Position numbers and translations under genes: made by a program. Below the pieces are notes generated by a model that saw only the letters and a list, made by a program, of their open reading frames with translations, was not told where the DNA came from and searched no databases. From positions 1 to 64,000 of the IMG/VR virus record IMGVR_UViG_3300037391_000010: DNA of 64,000 bases; one strand, given 5' to 3'. Positions 63,638-64,000 of the stretch are shown here, piece by piece. The DNA is from a virus. Position 1 is the first letter of the stretch. Each line of letters starts with the position of its first letter.

Positions 63638-64000
63638 GCGACATAGCACTCGTAATCATCTGTACGGGCACTGCCTACTGGAAATTCACCCAAGCGGCGG
63701 TCGATAGCGTGCGGGCGTTCTTCCCCGCCGATATTCTCCTGTTCACGGACAATCCCCAGCAATTCCCCGTCGCCAAGCAAGTGATGCACCCACACCCCGG
63801 TTGGCCGAACGCCACGCTGATGCGATTCCACACCATCCTGAGCCAACGAGAATGGCTGTCGCAATACAAATACGTTTTCTACATGGATGTATGTATGAAC
63901 ATGATGAGCCCAATTGCTGCGGCGGAAGTTCTTTCTGACGGCATCACGGCTTGCGTACACGCTTCGTTCGAGTTGAGCAAGGGGAAATATTGCACGCCAG
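63634..64000 (+). CDS. GT6-like glycosyltransferase (truncated at the window end)
   Basis: Not in the ORF track: IALVIICTG.AY..F....S...FF....LFTD...GWP.ATLMRF...Y.FY.DV...H matches the CAZy GT6 pattern. Confidence 0.7.
   Translation, partial: MSDIALVIICTGTAYWKFTQAAVDSVRAFFPADILLFTDNPQQFPVAKQVMHPHPGWPNATLMRFHTILSQREWLSQYKYVFYMDVCMNMMSPIAAAEVLSDGITACVHASFELSKGKYCTP

Noticed and set aside
1-64000. CRISPR array, tRNA or rRNA genes
   Set aside because: No regularly spaced direct repeats, and no cloverleaf or rRNA-like segment was recognised by eye in the short intergenic gaps
1-64000. Stop-codon reassignment (alternative genetic code)
   Set aside because: Long conserved genes are intact in code 11, and TAA, TAG and TGA all terminate genes with coupled downstream starts

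Overview
This 64-kb window looks like part of a large, contractile-tailed (myovirus-like) bacteriophage genome read in the standard genetic code. All family assignments come from motif recognition and gene order; no database search was run. 1-13.9 kb holds auxiliary and metabolic genes: secreted proteins, ASCH, PP2C phosphatase, HNH, UvrD/PcrA helicase, an NadM-Nudix + NadV NAD+ salvage pair, TonB-C, a stand-alone FtsK-gamma-like domain, DUF1599 and a P-loop kinase. 14-53.7 kb is the virion module: neck proteins, tail sheath and tube, prohead protease, scaffold, decoration protein, major capsid protein, fibre-like proteins (one with an ice-binding DUF3494 domain) and a 2002-aa modular protein. 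53.7-60.9 kb is a cluster of small early-type genes plus a sigma-region-4-like regulator. 61-64 kb holds a second DUF3494 virion protein, an endonuclease VII-like gene and a GT6-like glycosyltransferase. The most striking signal is a putative capsid-cargo polyprotein system. Head-associated proteins, above all the 2002-aa protein, are strings of unrelated small domains separated by a recurrent K-x-A-(A/S) motif, a candidate prohead-protease site, and the first large module resembles a sigma factor. Two non-canonical promoter classes are visible: TTCCTA-N22-TATAAT before leaderless early genes, and ACT(A/T)-N15-G(A/G) before structural genes. There is also a candidate small RNA, several structured intergenic elements and two single-base frameshifts. 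No tRNA, rRNA or CRISPR array was seen.
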